Of a DNA stretch of 64,000 nt, positions 10,458 through 19,361 are shown one piece after another. The notes below the pieces were generated by a model, which did not search any database, was not told the origin of the DNA, and was given only the letters and a program-made list of their open reading frames with translations. This stretch comes from Vulcanimicrobiota bacterium. Its GTDB lineage: Bacteria > Vulcanimicrobiota > Xenobia > Xenobiales > JADMJV01. Within the stretch, counting starts at the first letter, position 1, and each line of letters starts with the position of its first letter. Position numbers and translations under genes: made by a program. The stretch is taken from contig JBFWNU010000002.1 of assembly GCA_050250895.1 (NCBI GenBank), positions 855,659 through 919,658 of the forward strand, in the 5' to 3' direction.

Positions 10458-13400
10458 AGTTCTACGATGCGCTCGTCGGCCTCATCGGCGAGGTGGTGCT
10501 CCTGGATAAAAGCGCTGGCCCGGCGCACGGCCTCGAGATTGACGGTCTGGCTGAACTCTTCGAAGCTTTCGAAGCTTCGACCGGTGTTGCGCAGGCCCGC
10601 CCACATCGAGCGCATGACGTCGGTGAAGAAGCTGTCGACGTTGGCCAGAAACTCTTCGCGAGCCATGCCGGGGTGGCGCTTTTTGAACTCTTCCGAGTCA
10701 AAGTGCTGGAGTAGTTCCAGGCGCATCTTGCCCATCAAGACCACGAAGGCGTCTTTCTTGAGGGTCCCGGCCGAGCGCCCGAAGCAGTGCAGCAGCCCGT
10801 CTTTTTCGAACTCCTGCAACTGCGTCTCGCACTGGGCGGCCGAGGCCCGGTTGTCGTAGAGTGACTGGCGGGCATGGAACAGGCTGCCCTTGAGGGTGGT
10901 GGCGTCGCGCGAGTGAAAGGCCAGGCCCAACTCGGCGAAAACGTTTACGATACTACCGTACTGCAGCCTCAGGCTGGCTTCGAGGTCGGTTTCGACGGCC
11001 GTGCGGGCGGTCTGGAAATACCATTGGTGCTTGGGCTCGGGGCTGAAGCAGTCGCTGACCAGGCTGCATAGCACCGCGGCGGCGCTGCGCTCGATGCCCT
11101 GGCCGTCGTGCATCAGGTGATCGGGGGTCGAAAGAGTGATGTCGAAACGCCCCGACACCTTGGCGCTGGCCTTGATATCGGCGTGGGTGAAGCCCTTCTG
11201 CAGGCGTTCGATGGCCGCCTTTTTCAGCTTGTCGGGGTCGGCCTTCAGCTGGTCGTAGTTGGGCAGCCGCTCGAGCAGATGGGGATTCATCTTGAGGATG
11301 CTCTCGTAGAGGTTGTCGAAAAAGGCCGTTTCAGGCGAGTCGAGCAAGCGCTCGATCTGCTGCTTGCTGGTCGATTTCGAGGCGATGAAGCTCAGGGTCA
11401 GGTCGGTTCCGTTTTCGGTCTGGTTGCGCGAACCGCGGATGTCGCAGGCCGACATCTCGACCCCGAAGTCGATGCCGCCCACCTTGATCTCCAGACCGCT
11501 CTTGTCGCTGACGGTATCGATGACGGTGTCTTCACGCTGGCCGCGAGGCAGCCAGGGCACCGGGTAAGAGACGCGGGTCTGACTCTCGTTGTGCTCCTGG
11601 GTGAGCTTGACCACGCCGCCGAGATCGAGCTCGCCTTCGAGCAAGACACCGTCCGAGAGAAAGCAGACAGGCTGGTCATAGCTGGGGTCCTCGTCGGTCA
11701 GCTGCAGCTTGTGCATGATCGACTGGATGAACTTGGCCGCTTCATCTTCATTGGCGAAGACGTAGCTGACCTTGGAGTATTTCGAGGCCTTGCCCTTGAT
11801 GCCGCTCTTGAGGGCGTCGCTATCGACCCCGGCGCCGGCCCCGATACGGGCGTCAAAGGAGACGGCCACCCCGCCTGACTCGGTCTTCTTGACCTCGATG
11901 ATACCTTTGCCCTCGACAAAGGCCTCGGCGTGAAGAAAGAAGGGGATGTCGACGGCTACACCGACCTCGGCGCTGACCGACAGGCGCATCTCGTCGCTGG
12001 GCGAGTCGATGGCCGCGTTGATCAAGCTGCGAATAGCCCGAAACGACATGCCGTCCTTGAGGGTCAGAGCCTCACGCAGCTGGGCTTCTTTCTCGGCTTT
12101 GGTCAGGTCGGTCCGGGCCATGACCTTTTTGGCCTCGAGGATTTGGCGGGCCGCTTCGAGTTCGCCGGCGGGTCCCCGGAATTGGCGATTCGCATCGATC
12201 GATGCGGGCAGCCCGTCGCGGTCCCGCCCGGCCTGGGCCAGCAGTTTGTCGAGCTCCTGCACCTGGGAGCGCAAGCCCCTGAGGTCGGTGGCCACCGTCT
12301 GGCGACCACGCCGCCCCGCCTGCTCTACCGTCACCCCGATGTTGACCAGCCTTTGCAGGTCGGACTCGGCCGGCTCGCGGCGCAGGGCCCCAAGCTCCTG
12401 GTCGTCCCACACGCCTTGCTTGAGGCGAGCCATGCGCTCGATGGCGGTGCCGCGGTATTGAGGGTCTTTGACGATGCGTTCGAGGATGCTATGGCGCGAG
12501 CCATAGGCGCTGTCGCCGCGCTCGCCGCGCAGGCGGTCCACCAGCGAGCACTTGCCTTCGCTGTCGACCAGCAAGGCTTGGGCCTGACCGTGACGGACCA
12601 GAAAATCGGCCATCACCAGCCCCTCGTCGGTATCCTGGTCGTAGGGGTCGAACAGGCCGCGCACCTCGCGTCCGGCCCGGTCTTGCAGGCGGCGCAGGGC
12701 CAGTTGGGTGAAGCCGTCGAGGAGATCGGCGGGGCTGCCGGCCCCGACCACCACCTTCTCGAGGTTCTTGGTGTCAAGCGAAGGAATGACCTCGAGCATA
12801 GCCTTGACATCGGCCGGTTGCAGACCGTCGCCGGCCAGGGCCAGCAGGCGATCGATGGCCCCGCGATTGTCGTCGCTGTAGGCTTTGCCAGCCAGCATCA
12901 GAAGGTTATCGAACTCTGCTGGCGACAACTTGTGTGCCTTGGCATAGGCGGCCAACTGGTCGAACCGGTCGCCCAGTTTTCGCGCCGCTTCGAAGCGGCC
13001 CAGCAGGCCCTCAGTAGCCCACTCGCGCCGCCGGCACTGGTCCAGATGCTGCTCGCGCACTTCGGGCCATTTTCGATCGCGGATGGCGTCGTCGAGGTCC
13101 CAGCGATTGTGCTGGTAGGCGCGGTTGATACCTTGCCGATGATAGTCCGAGCCGACCCGGTCGCCCAGGGGACGGTCGCGCCACTCGGTGCGGGGCAGGT
13201 CGCCCAGCAGCTCGACCAGCGCCTGGCGTCGCTCTGGCGAGAGGGCTTTGGCCGAGACCACGAAGTCGCGCACGTAAGACGAGTCCCAATCGCGATAGTT
13301 GGGGCTCCACAGCCGGCCCGTGTTGGACTCTGGAATATAGCTGCCGGCGGGCAGGCCGGCCACCTGGCGCACCAGTTCATTGAAGATGCGACGGATGCCG

Positions 13401-15079
13401 TCACTATCGGCGGACTGGTCGCGGCGGGCGTCGCTGTAGGCGTCCGACAGGTCGCGCAGCTGGGCTTCGCTGGCCTCGTCGAGTTGCTCGGGCAGGCTGG
13501 GCAGAGCGGCTTCGCACTTTTTGATGGTGGCATAGAGAGTTTTGAAGTCCTCGGTGGAGGCGCCGTAGCGCAGGCGGTTGGCCCCTTTGAGCAGGGCGGT
13601 CGAGGGGGTGAGTTTGGCCAGGGCTTCGGCCCACTCGGAGTCGACGGGGATCTTGTGGTTGCGCGGCACCTCACTGAGGCTATCGAGCACCCGGCGAGCC
13701 ACCGCCGCCGCCACCGGTTGGTCGGCATGCTTTGCGGCCAGCAGCAGCAAGCTGCGGCTGCCGGCCATGGCGGCGTCGGCGTAGCGACCGATGCCGTCTT
13801 CCTTCAGGCCGCGCTTGTCGGCCCAGGTGACGCGCTGGGCGATGGCGGTGGCCACCTTGCCGCTGGCATCGGGCCGGCTCAGCAAAGGCTCGAGAAAGCC
13901 GATGTCCTGGGTTTTTTCGTAGGCGTCGAGGGCAAAGCCGACCAGCCGGTGAGGCTCGACCTCGAGCTGATGGAGCTGGGCCAGAGCCGTCTTGTAGGTG
14001 GCCGGGCTGACCCGGTCGCCGCTCAAGCTGTCGAGCAGCCGCCAGGCCTTTTCCTGGTCGTTGGCCGGCTGGCTTGCATCGGCCGGTCCGCCGGGAACGA
14101 AGTGCCCATGCACGTCACGACCTCGGGTCTGGTCGCGCAGGTCCTCCTGTTGGTGCCGATGGAGGCTGGGATAGAGTTCGCGCACCAGGTGCAGCAGGCG
14201 TTCGCGAGCCGGGCCGCGGGCCTGGGCCAGAGCCAGGCCGATAGTTTCACAGTCGAGTTCGGCCACATAACGTGGGTCGTCTTTGTGCTTTGTGACGAGC
14301 TCGGTCAGCAGGTCGGCCCAGCGCTCGCCGCCAAAGTTGGGGTCGATCTTTTGCAAAGCCCGGCCGGCGTTGCTCAGATAGTCGAGGTCTTTGGGCTCGA
14401 GTCCCTCGAGGCGCTCACGGATCATCGAAGTGAGCACGGCCTTTTGCTGGTCATCAAACCGGGTGGGACCGGCTTCGCGCCGGCTGCGGTCGAGCACCGA
14501 CTCGATGTCGAACAGGCTCAGTTTGGGGTCCTGCAGGTCTTCGGTGATCACCTCCGGGTCGTCGCGGCGCAGATAGCGGCGGTATCCGTCGAGTCCCTTT
14601 TCGAGAATGGCGGCATGTTGGTCGACATCGTCGGTCTGACGAAGGGCGTCGTTGGTGTCCACCGCCAGCCGAGCCAGGCGACTGTCGAAGCCCGTGCTGC
14701 CCATGCCGGGGGTATGGACGCGCCGCTCGATCAGCGCGAAGGCCTGGCGCAGCAGGCGCGCTCGGGTGGCCGGGTTGTTAACCGTGCCGGGGGTTACCAG
14801 GTCGTTGAGCAGTCCGTTGACCAACTCGACCTTGACCTGATCGGGCAGTCCTTCGAGGAAGTCAAACTGGCCTTCGAGCAACAGCTCTCGCGCCCCGGGG
14901 GGCACCAGCACCGGCAGCTGCAGCTGGCGTAGCCTGGTGATATCCTGGCCGGCCTGACCGGCGTAGCCAGGTGGGGGAGGGGTGGCCGGAGCCCAGCCCG
15001 TGTTCGGGTCTTGGGGGCGAGTGAGGGTAGGGGTGGGATAGTTGGGATTCAAGGGTGTGGGTGAGATTGAGCTGGCCAT
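10415..15079 (-). CDS. Large hypothetical protein (1554 aa)
   Basis: Long ORF with host-like codon bias; Pro-rich N-terminus, helical middle, beta-rich region near aa 1040-1230. Confidence 0.75.
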   Translation of the reverse strand: MASSISPTPLNPNYPTPTLTRPQDPNTGWAPATPPPPGYAGQAGQDITRLRQLQLPVLVPPGARELLLEGQFDFLEGLPDQVKVELVNGLLNDLVTPGTVNNPATRARLLRQAFALIERRVHTPGMGSTGFDSRLARLAVDTNDALRQTDDVDQHAAILEKGLDGYRRYLRRDDPEVITEDLQDPKLSLFDIESVLDRSRREAGPTRFDDQQKAVLTSMIRERLEGLEPKDLDYLSNAGRALQKIDPNFGGERWADLLTELVTKHKDDPRYVAELDCETIGLALAQARGPARERLLHLVRELYPSLHRHQQEDLRDQTRGRDVHGHFVPGGPADASQPANDQEKAWRLLDSLSGDRVSPATYKTALAQLHQLEVEPHRLVGFALDAYEKTQDIGFLEPLLSRPDASGKVATAIAQRVTWADKRGLKEDGIGRYADAAMAGSRSLLLLAAKHADQPVAAAVARRVLDSLSEVPRNHKIPVDSEWAEALAKLTPSTALLKGANRLRYGASTEDFKTLYATIKKCEAALPSLPEQLDEASEAQLRDLSDAYSDARRDQSADSDGIRRIFNELVRQVAGLPAGSYIPESNTGRLWSPNYRDWDSSYVRDFVVSAKALSPERRQALVELLGDLPRTEWRDRPLGDRVGSDYHRQGINRAYQHNRWDLDDAIRDRKWPEVREQHLDQCRRREWATEGLLGRFEAARKLGDRFDQLAAYAKAHKLSPAEFDNLLMLAGKAYSDDNRGAIDRLLALAGDGLQPADVKAMLEVIPSLDTKNLEKVVVGAGSPADLLDGFTQLALRRLQDRAGREVRGLFDPYDQDTDEGLVMADFLVRHGQAQALLVDSEGKCSLVDRLRGERGDSAYGSRHSILERIVKDPQYRGTAIERMARLKQGVWDDQELGALRREPAESDLQRLVNIGVTVEQAGRRGRQTVATDLRGLRSQVQELDKLLAQAGRDRDGLPASIDANRQFRGPAGELEAARQILEAKKVMARTDLTKAEKEAQLREALTLKDGMSFRAIRSLINAAIDSPSDEMRLSVSAEVGVAVDIPFFLHAEAFVEGKGIIEVKKTESGGVAVSFDARIGAGAGVDSDALKSGIKGKASKYSKVSYVFANEDEAAKFIQSIMHKLQLTDEDPSYDQPVCFLSDGVLLEGELDLGGVVKLTQEHNESQTRVSYPVPWLPRGQREDTVIDTVSDKSGLEIKVGGIDFGVEMSACDIRGSRNQTENGTDLTLSFIASKSTSKQQIERLLDSPETAFFDNLYESILKMNPHLLERLPNYDQLKADPDKLKKAAIERLQKGFTHADIKASAKVSGRFDITLSTPDHLMHDGQGIERSAAAVLCSLVSDCFSPEPKHQWYFQTARTAVETDLEASLRLQYGSIVNVFAELGLAFHSRDATTLKGSLFHARQSLYDNRASAAQCETQLQEFEKDGLLHCFGRSAGTLKKDAFVVLMGKMRLELLQHFDSEEFKKRHPGMAREEFLANVDSFFTDVMRSMWAGLRNTGRSFESFEEFSQTVNLEAVRRASAFIQEHHLADEADERIVELYSRPSLTPSRAAR

Positions 15080-15347
15080 ACTTTCATTGTCGTGCCCAGG
15101 CTAGCTACCAACAAGTGGGGCATCCATTACGATTCTGTTTCTCGCGTTAACTTTTTCCTCCAAGTTGTTTCCTTTTGGGTTTTCGAGTCTTTAAAGATGG
15201 AATTCTCGTGTTTTAACAGGCACTTCGAGGTGTCTGTGTCGCGCAGAAAGCTGTTACATTGTTTACTCTGAGTTCATAAGTTTTACCGAATCGACACCTG
15301 TCATCGCCGGGCCCTTTCCTTAGTCTTAAGGAGAGAGGTAGTGAGCA

Positions 15348-16556
15348 ATGGCAGCAGCACCCGTGGGCAAGGCAGCCCCCAAGAAACCCCCGACCCCGGT
15401 CCGTAACCCCCGGAGGGCGGCGCCGGCGGCCAGAGCTGGTAAGCCCCAGAAGCCGCAAACGCAAGCCGGCCCCGCGGCCAGGACCCCCGCCGCCGAGGCC
15501 AAAGAGAAGCCTTCAGGCTCGGGCCAGACCCTCTTCGGACGCATCAAGGATTGGTGGAGCGGTGGCTCTTCATCCGAACCGGCCAAGTCCGGTCAAGCCG
15601 GCAAAGCCGACCAGCCCGGCAAAGCAGACCAGCCCGGCAAAGCCGAGCAGCCCGGCAAGGTCGACCCCTCCGGTAATGCGGACGCGCCCGGCCAGAGCGA
15701 GCGGCCTGCCAAGGCCGAGCAACCCAAGCTTGAACTCGACCAGGGCCAGACCCTGCGCAGTGGCGACGAGGGTCCGAAAATCAAGCAACTGCAAGAGATC
15801 CTCAATCGCGGCGGAGCCAAGCTCGACCCCGATGGCAAGTTCGGAAGGGACACCCGCGACGCCCTCGAGAAATTCCAGCGGGATCACAAGCTCGAGAGTG
15901 TCGATGGAGTGGTCGGTCCCAACACCCTGGCCAGGCTCAACGAGGTGGGAGCGACCGCGCACGGTCAACCGGCCAAAGAGAGCGAACCCGTCAAGCCCGT
16001 TGACAAGCCGGGTCGCCAGGGCGATCTGGGCAGCGCCGTGCGCGATGGGCGAGCCGGCAAGAAGACCGACCTGGGCAACCTGCGGACCCTGGCCGACGCC
16101 CGTAGGACCGACCAGGGTCTCTATTTTCGGGCTGGGGCCGCCATCGATACCGACGGTTCGGGGCCGTCCCACGGCGACCGGTACCATCAGAGCAAGACCT
16201 CTTTGAAGACTCGCGACAAGGGATATGTCAACGCCGACAAGACCCCCTATTTCGTGTTGCCGCCTCAGGTGGCTCGTCAGGTCGGAGCCCGACCCGGCGA
16301 TCTGGGCCTCATCAAGCGAGGCGACAAGACCATTCCGGCGGTGTTTGCCGATGTGGGCCCGCCCAACAAGATCGGAGAGATTTCTTATAACGCGGCCCAG
16401 CAGCTCGGCGTCAATCCGAACCCCAATACCGGTGGCACCCAGCGCCCCGAGGTGGAATACATGGTTTTTCCCGGCTCGGGCACGCGCAATCCTCGGGCCG
16501 CCGACCTGACTCCCGAAGCCCTCGACGCCCGGGTGCGCCAACTGCTCGGCCGGTGA
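15348..16556 (+). CDS. Peptidoglycan-binding domain plus GH75 (chitosanase-like) domain protein
   Basis: PG_binding_1-like LRSGDEGPKIKQLQ...DGKFG...T..AL..FQ...DGVVGPNT; GH75-like IDTDG, NADKTPYFVLP, FADVGP..KIGEIS. Confidence 0.8.
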   Translation: MAAAPVGKAAPKKPPTPVRNPRRAAPAARAGKPQKPQTQAGPAARTPAAEAKEKPSGSGQTLFGRIKDWWSGGSSSEPAKSGQAGKADQPGKADQPGKAEQPGKVDPSGNADAPGQSERPAKAEQPKLELDQGQTLRSGDEGPKIKQLQEILNRGGAKLDPDGKFGRDTRDALEKFQRDHKLESVDGVVGPNTLARLNEVGATAHGQPAKESEPVKPVDKPGRQGDLGSAVRDGRAGKKTDLGNLRTLADARRTDQGLYFRAGAAIDTDGSGPSHGDRYHQSKTSLKTRDKGYVNADKTPYFVLPPQVARQVGARPGDLGLIKRGDKTIPAVFADVGPPNKIGEISYNAAQQLGVNPNPNTGGTQRPEVEYMVFPGSGTRNPRAADLTPEALDARVRQLLGR

Positions 16557-16710
16557 CGGATGCGCGGGGGTTGAAAACCGCCGAGACGCAAAGGTTCGGA
16601 GGGGGCGGTGGTTTTCGGAGGCTCGGCTCTCGGTCGTGCTTTTTGGTTAGCGGACCGAAACTGGGACTGGGACGTAGGGGGCTACTGCCGTGCGGCCCTG
16701 ATGTCGTCTC

Positions 16711-16744
16711 AGAAACAAAAAAGGAAGCCCGCCGGAGCGGGCTT
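16711..16744 (-). terminator. Intrinsic terminator for a minus-strand transcript
   Basis: AAGCCCGC-TCCG-GCGGGCTT stem followed by CCTTTTTTGTTTCT on the minus strand. Confidence 0.7.
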
Positions 16745-16777
16745 GATGAGCGGGTACAGGTTACAGAGTCCAGGAGA

Positions 16778-16969
16778 TTACAGGGTCGGATAGCGATTGC
16801 AGTAGGCGTGGCGCACGAGCGGCCAACCGCTGGACCAGTCCTCGTCATGCGGAGGCTGGTCGCGACTGGCGCGCTCGCCACGCCTGAAGTCCTTCGATTC
16901 TTGACAGCCAGCCTGGCTGGAGAGTTGGGCGCCACCCGCGCCCGTTTCGGCTCGCTGTCGAGTTTCCAT
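16778..16969 (-). CDS. Possible small protein (63 aa) or part of an ncRNA
   Basis: ORF ends about 35 nt upstream of the terminator; no recognisable motif. Confidence 0.3.
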   Translation of the reverse strand: METRQRAETGAGGAQLSSQAGCQESKDFRRGERASRDQPPHDEDWSSGWPLVRHAYCNRYPTL

Positions 16970-17573
16970 AGCCAGAGAATAGCCCGGTCTTAGCGGACCG
17001 CCCTCCCCCGCTGGGAGCCTAAACCCCTATCCCAAGGGATCCAAATTTGAGCGGGTCACCTCAAGGTCGGCGCAGATTTTACCGCTTGAGAGTGGTCTCA
17101 CCTCGTTCGATGTGGCAAAACCCTAGCCAGCGAGCCCACTCCAGCCTGCGCGCACGTGTCAAGAGAAGGCCGACGCACGGCTCCGGTGACCCCTCGGTAT
17201 CTCGGCGGTTTCAACGTCGGCGCTCGCTCGATGTAAAAACCGCGGAGGACGCAGAGTTCGCGAAGGTGTGGCCGAGGCTTCAGGGGCGGTGTCTCTGGAG
17301 GTCAGTGGCCCGTCTTGGAAGGTTAAGAGATTGGGGTGGAGGAGCCAGAGGCGACCAGGTGAGCGCTCGTTCGATGGGGGGGCTGACCACCGAGGTGGTG
17401 GGCAATCCCAAAAAGAAATCCGGTCGAGAGCCAACCCTTCCAGATGCACGGCCCTCCCCGCGCCCCCCGCGGAGCCCCGCGGTTTCCCATTTTCGAGCGC
17501 TCACGCCTCCAGAGGCCCTAACCTCCTCCGCGCCCCCCCGCGGAACTCCGCGGTTTCACCAACGCGCGCCCAC

Positions 17574-18380
17574 CTAGAGCTTCTGGAACGACAGCAGGGC
17601 GATCACCAGGCAGCCCAGGGCCACGCGCCAATATCCGAAGAGGGCCATGCCTTTGGATTTGATCCAGTTGACCATCCACTTGACCGCCACGAAGGCCGAC
17701 AACCAGCTGGCGGCAAAACCGATGAGGATGACGCTGGGCCCATAGCTCTGGATCATCGCGTCACCGTGCTTGAGGCCGGCGTAGCAGGTGGCCGCACCCA
17801 GGGTGATCACGCCCAGCAGAAACGAGAACTCTACCGCCGCTGACAGAGAGAGGCCCACCAGCACTCCGCCCAGGATAGTGACCAGGCTGCGACTGGTGCC
17901 GGGCCACATGGCCAGGCACTGGATCAGGCCGATGCCCAGCGCCGCGCGCCAGTGCAGGGCGCTGAGGCCTTTGCCTTCCTTCTTGTCGTCGAGGGGAAAG
18001 GCCAGAATGACCAGTCCGCCCACCAACCAGGCCACCGCGATGGGCCACAAGCCGAAGAGATACTTTTCGACCTTGTCATCGAAGAGCAGGCCCACCACGG
18101 CCGCCGGCAAGAAAGCCGTGATCAAGCAGATGCCCAGGGTCTTACCCTCGGGGTTTTTGCCCATGAAGCCTTCCAGCACTTGTTTGACCCGACCCCAATA
18201 GAGGCGCAAAACGGCCAGAATAGCGCCGGCCTGAATGGCGATGGCGTAAGCGTTAGCCGCCTCGCTCTCGGGAATGCCCAGCAGGCGCTGGGTCAGCAGC
18301 AGATGGCCGGTCGAACTGACGGGCAGGTATTCGGTGATCCCCTCGACCACCCCGAGGATGAGTGCCTGAAAGATGTCCAC
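17574..18380 (-). CDS. uppP: Undecaprenyl-diphosphate phosphatase
   Basis: GVVEGITEYLPVSSTGH, IQAGAILAV, PGTSRS, EFSFLL motifs. Confidence 0.96.
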   Translation of the reverse strand: MDIFQALILGVVEGITEYLPVSSTGHLLLTQRLLGIPESEAANAYAIAIQAGAILAVLRLYWGRVKQVLEGFMGKNPEGKTLGICLITAFLPAAVVGLLFDDKVEKYLFGLWPIAVAWLVGGLVILAFPLDDKKEGKGLSALHWRAALGIGLIQCLAMWPGTSRSLVTILGGVLVGLSLSAAVEFSFLLGVITLGAATCYAGLKHGDAMIQSYGPSVILIGFAASWLSAFVAVKWMVNWIKSKGMALFGYWRVALGCLVIALLSFQKL

Positions 18381-18434
18381 GGCCCGAATTTTCGCGGGTT
18401 TGGGCCGCCTCCCTCGTGAGAAAGGAAGGTCGCG

Positions 18435-19361
18435 TCAGCGAAACGAGCTGAAAAAGATCCAGATCTCGTCCGCCGCATTGAGGTCGCGACTGACTTCTCC
18501 TACCATCGAGACCGGCAGATACTGCGGGCCCGAGGGCCATGTGTGGCCGCCGTTCTTGATCTCGTAGAGCACGACCGGAGCTCCTTTGGATGAAGGCCAA
18601 CTGGTGCGGGTGACCGAGGTGTTATCGCCGGGAGCGTCGATGGCCCGCACCGAATCGGGTGACTGCGAACAGCCGTTGCGACGGCGGAAGATGGCCAGGG
18701 TTTTCTCGGTCGAGAGCACGGCGTCGCGATCTCGGCCCAAGATGCGAATCATGCCGCCCTGATAGGGCACCAGCGGGTCCCCCGTGCCGTTGAAGACGGC
18801 CAGCCCCACCGGGGGGCCGTCGGTGCAGTCGTCTTCGAGATAGCCAGGCAAAGGCATGGTGACCGGTGCCACCGCGCGAAAGACGCCCGGCAGCTTGCCC
18901 ACCAGGAAGTAGCAGGCCTGTCCACCGCGCGAGATGCCAGTGGCAAAGATCCGACGCGAGTCGATAGGAGCCACACTCTGGACTTGTTCGAGCACCGTCT
19001 TGAAATAGGCCAGGTCATCGTTGGGATTCTCGATGCTGGCCGAGATTTCGCCCTCGCCGAAGTTCCAGAGTTTCTCGCCCCCGGCCTCGGGATAGACCAC
19101 GTAGAAACCGTGCTGGTCAGCCAGCTGGTTGAAGCGATGCCCGGTCATGCGGACCATCTGGCGAGCCGTGCCCGAGCCTCCATGGATGACAAAAACTAGA
19201 GGTCGTGCCCCTTCCAGGGCGGCGGTCTGTTTCGGGGTGTAGAGCAGGTAGCGCCGGGTCACCCCAGCCTGGTCGAAGGTCTTTTCGTGCAGCCCCGGCC
19301 GGGCCGCCGCCAGCCCGCTGGCCAGTAGCAGCCAGGCCAGCAACCATCTACCAGATGGCAT
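18435..19361 (-). CDS. Secreted alpha/beta-hydrolase, PHB depolymerase/LpqC-like esterase
   Basis: Signal peptide; IHGG, GISRGG nucleophile elbow, GTGDPLVP, GGHTWP. Confidence 0.88.
   Translation of the reverse strand: MPSGRWLLAWLLLASGLAAARPGLHEKTFDQAGVTRRYLLYTPKQTAALEGARPLVFVIHGGSGTARQMVRMTGHRFNQLADQHGFYVVYPEAGGEKLWNFGEGEISASIENPNDDLAYFKTVLEQVQSVAPIDSRRIFATGISRGGQACYFLVGKLPGVFRAVAPVTMPLPGYLEDDCTDGPPVGLAVFNGTGDPLVPYQGGMIRILGRDRDAVLSTEKTLAIFRRRNGCSQSPDSVRAIDAPGDNTSVTRTSWPSSKGAPVVLYEIKNGGHTWPSGPQYLPVSMVGEVSRDLNAADEIWIFFSSFR

Larger units (their letters stand above)
16571..17560. repeat. Cluster of REP/MITE-like GC-rich repeats (AAACCGC[C/G]G[A/G]G family)
   Basis: Motif on + near 16574 and 17236, on - near 17201, 17475 and 17546; forms inverted pairs. 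Confidence 0.5.

Noticed and set aside
11930-14932. 1000-aa plus-strand ORF
   Set aside because: Antisense shadow of the 1554-aa gene, typical of high-GC DNA
16750-17200. RNase P RNA, tmRNA, SRP or a known riboswitch
   Set aside because: None of the hallmark sequences I know (e.g. GAGGAAAGTCC, tRNA-like ends) are present
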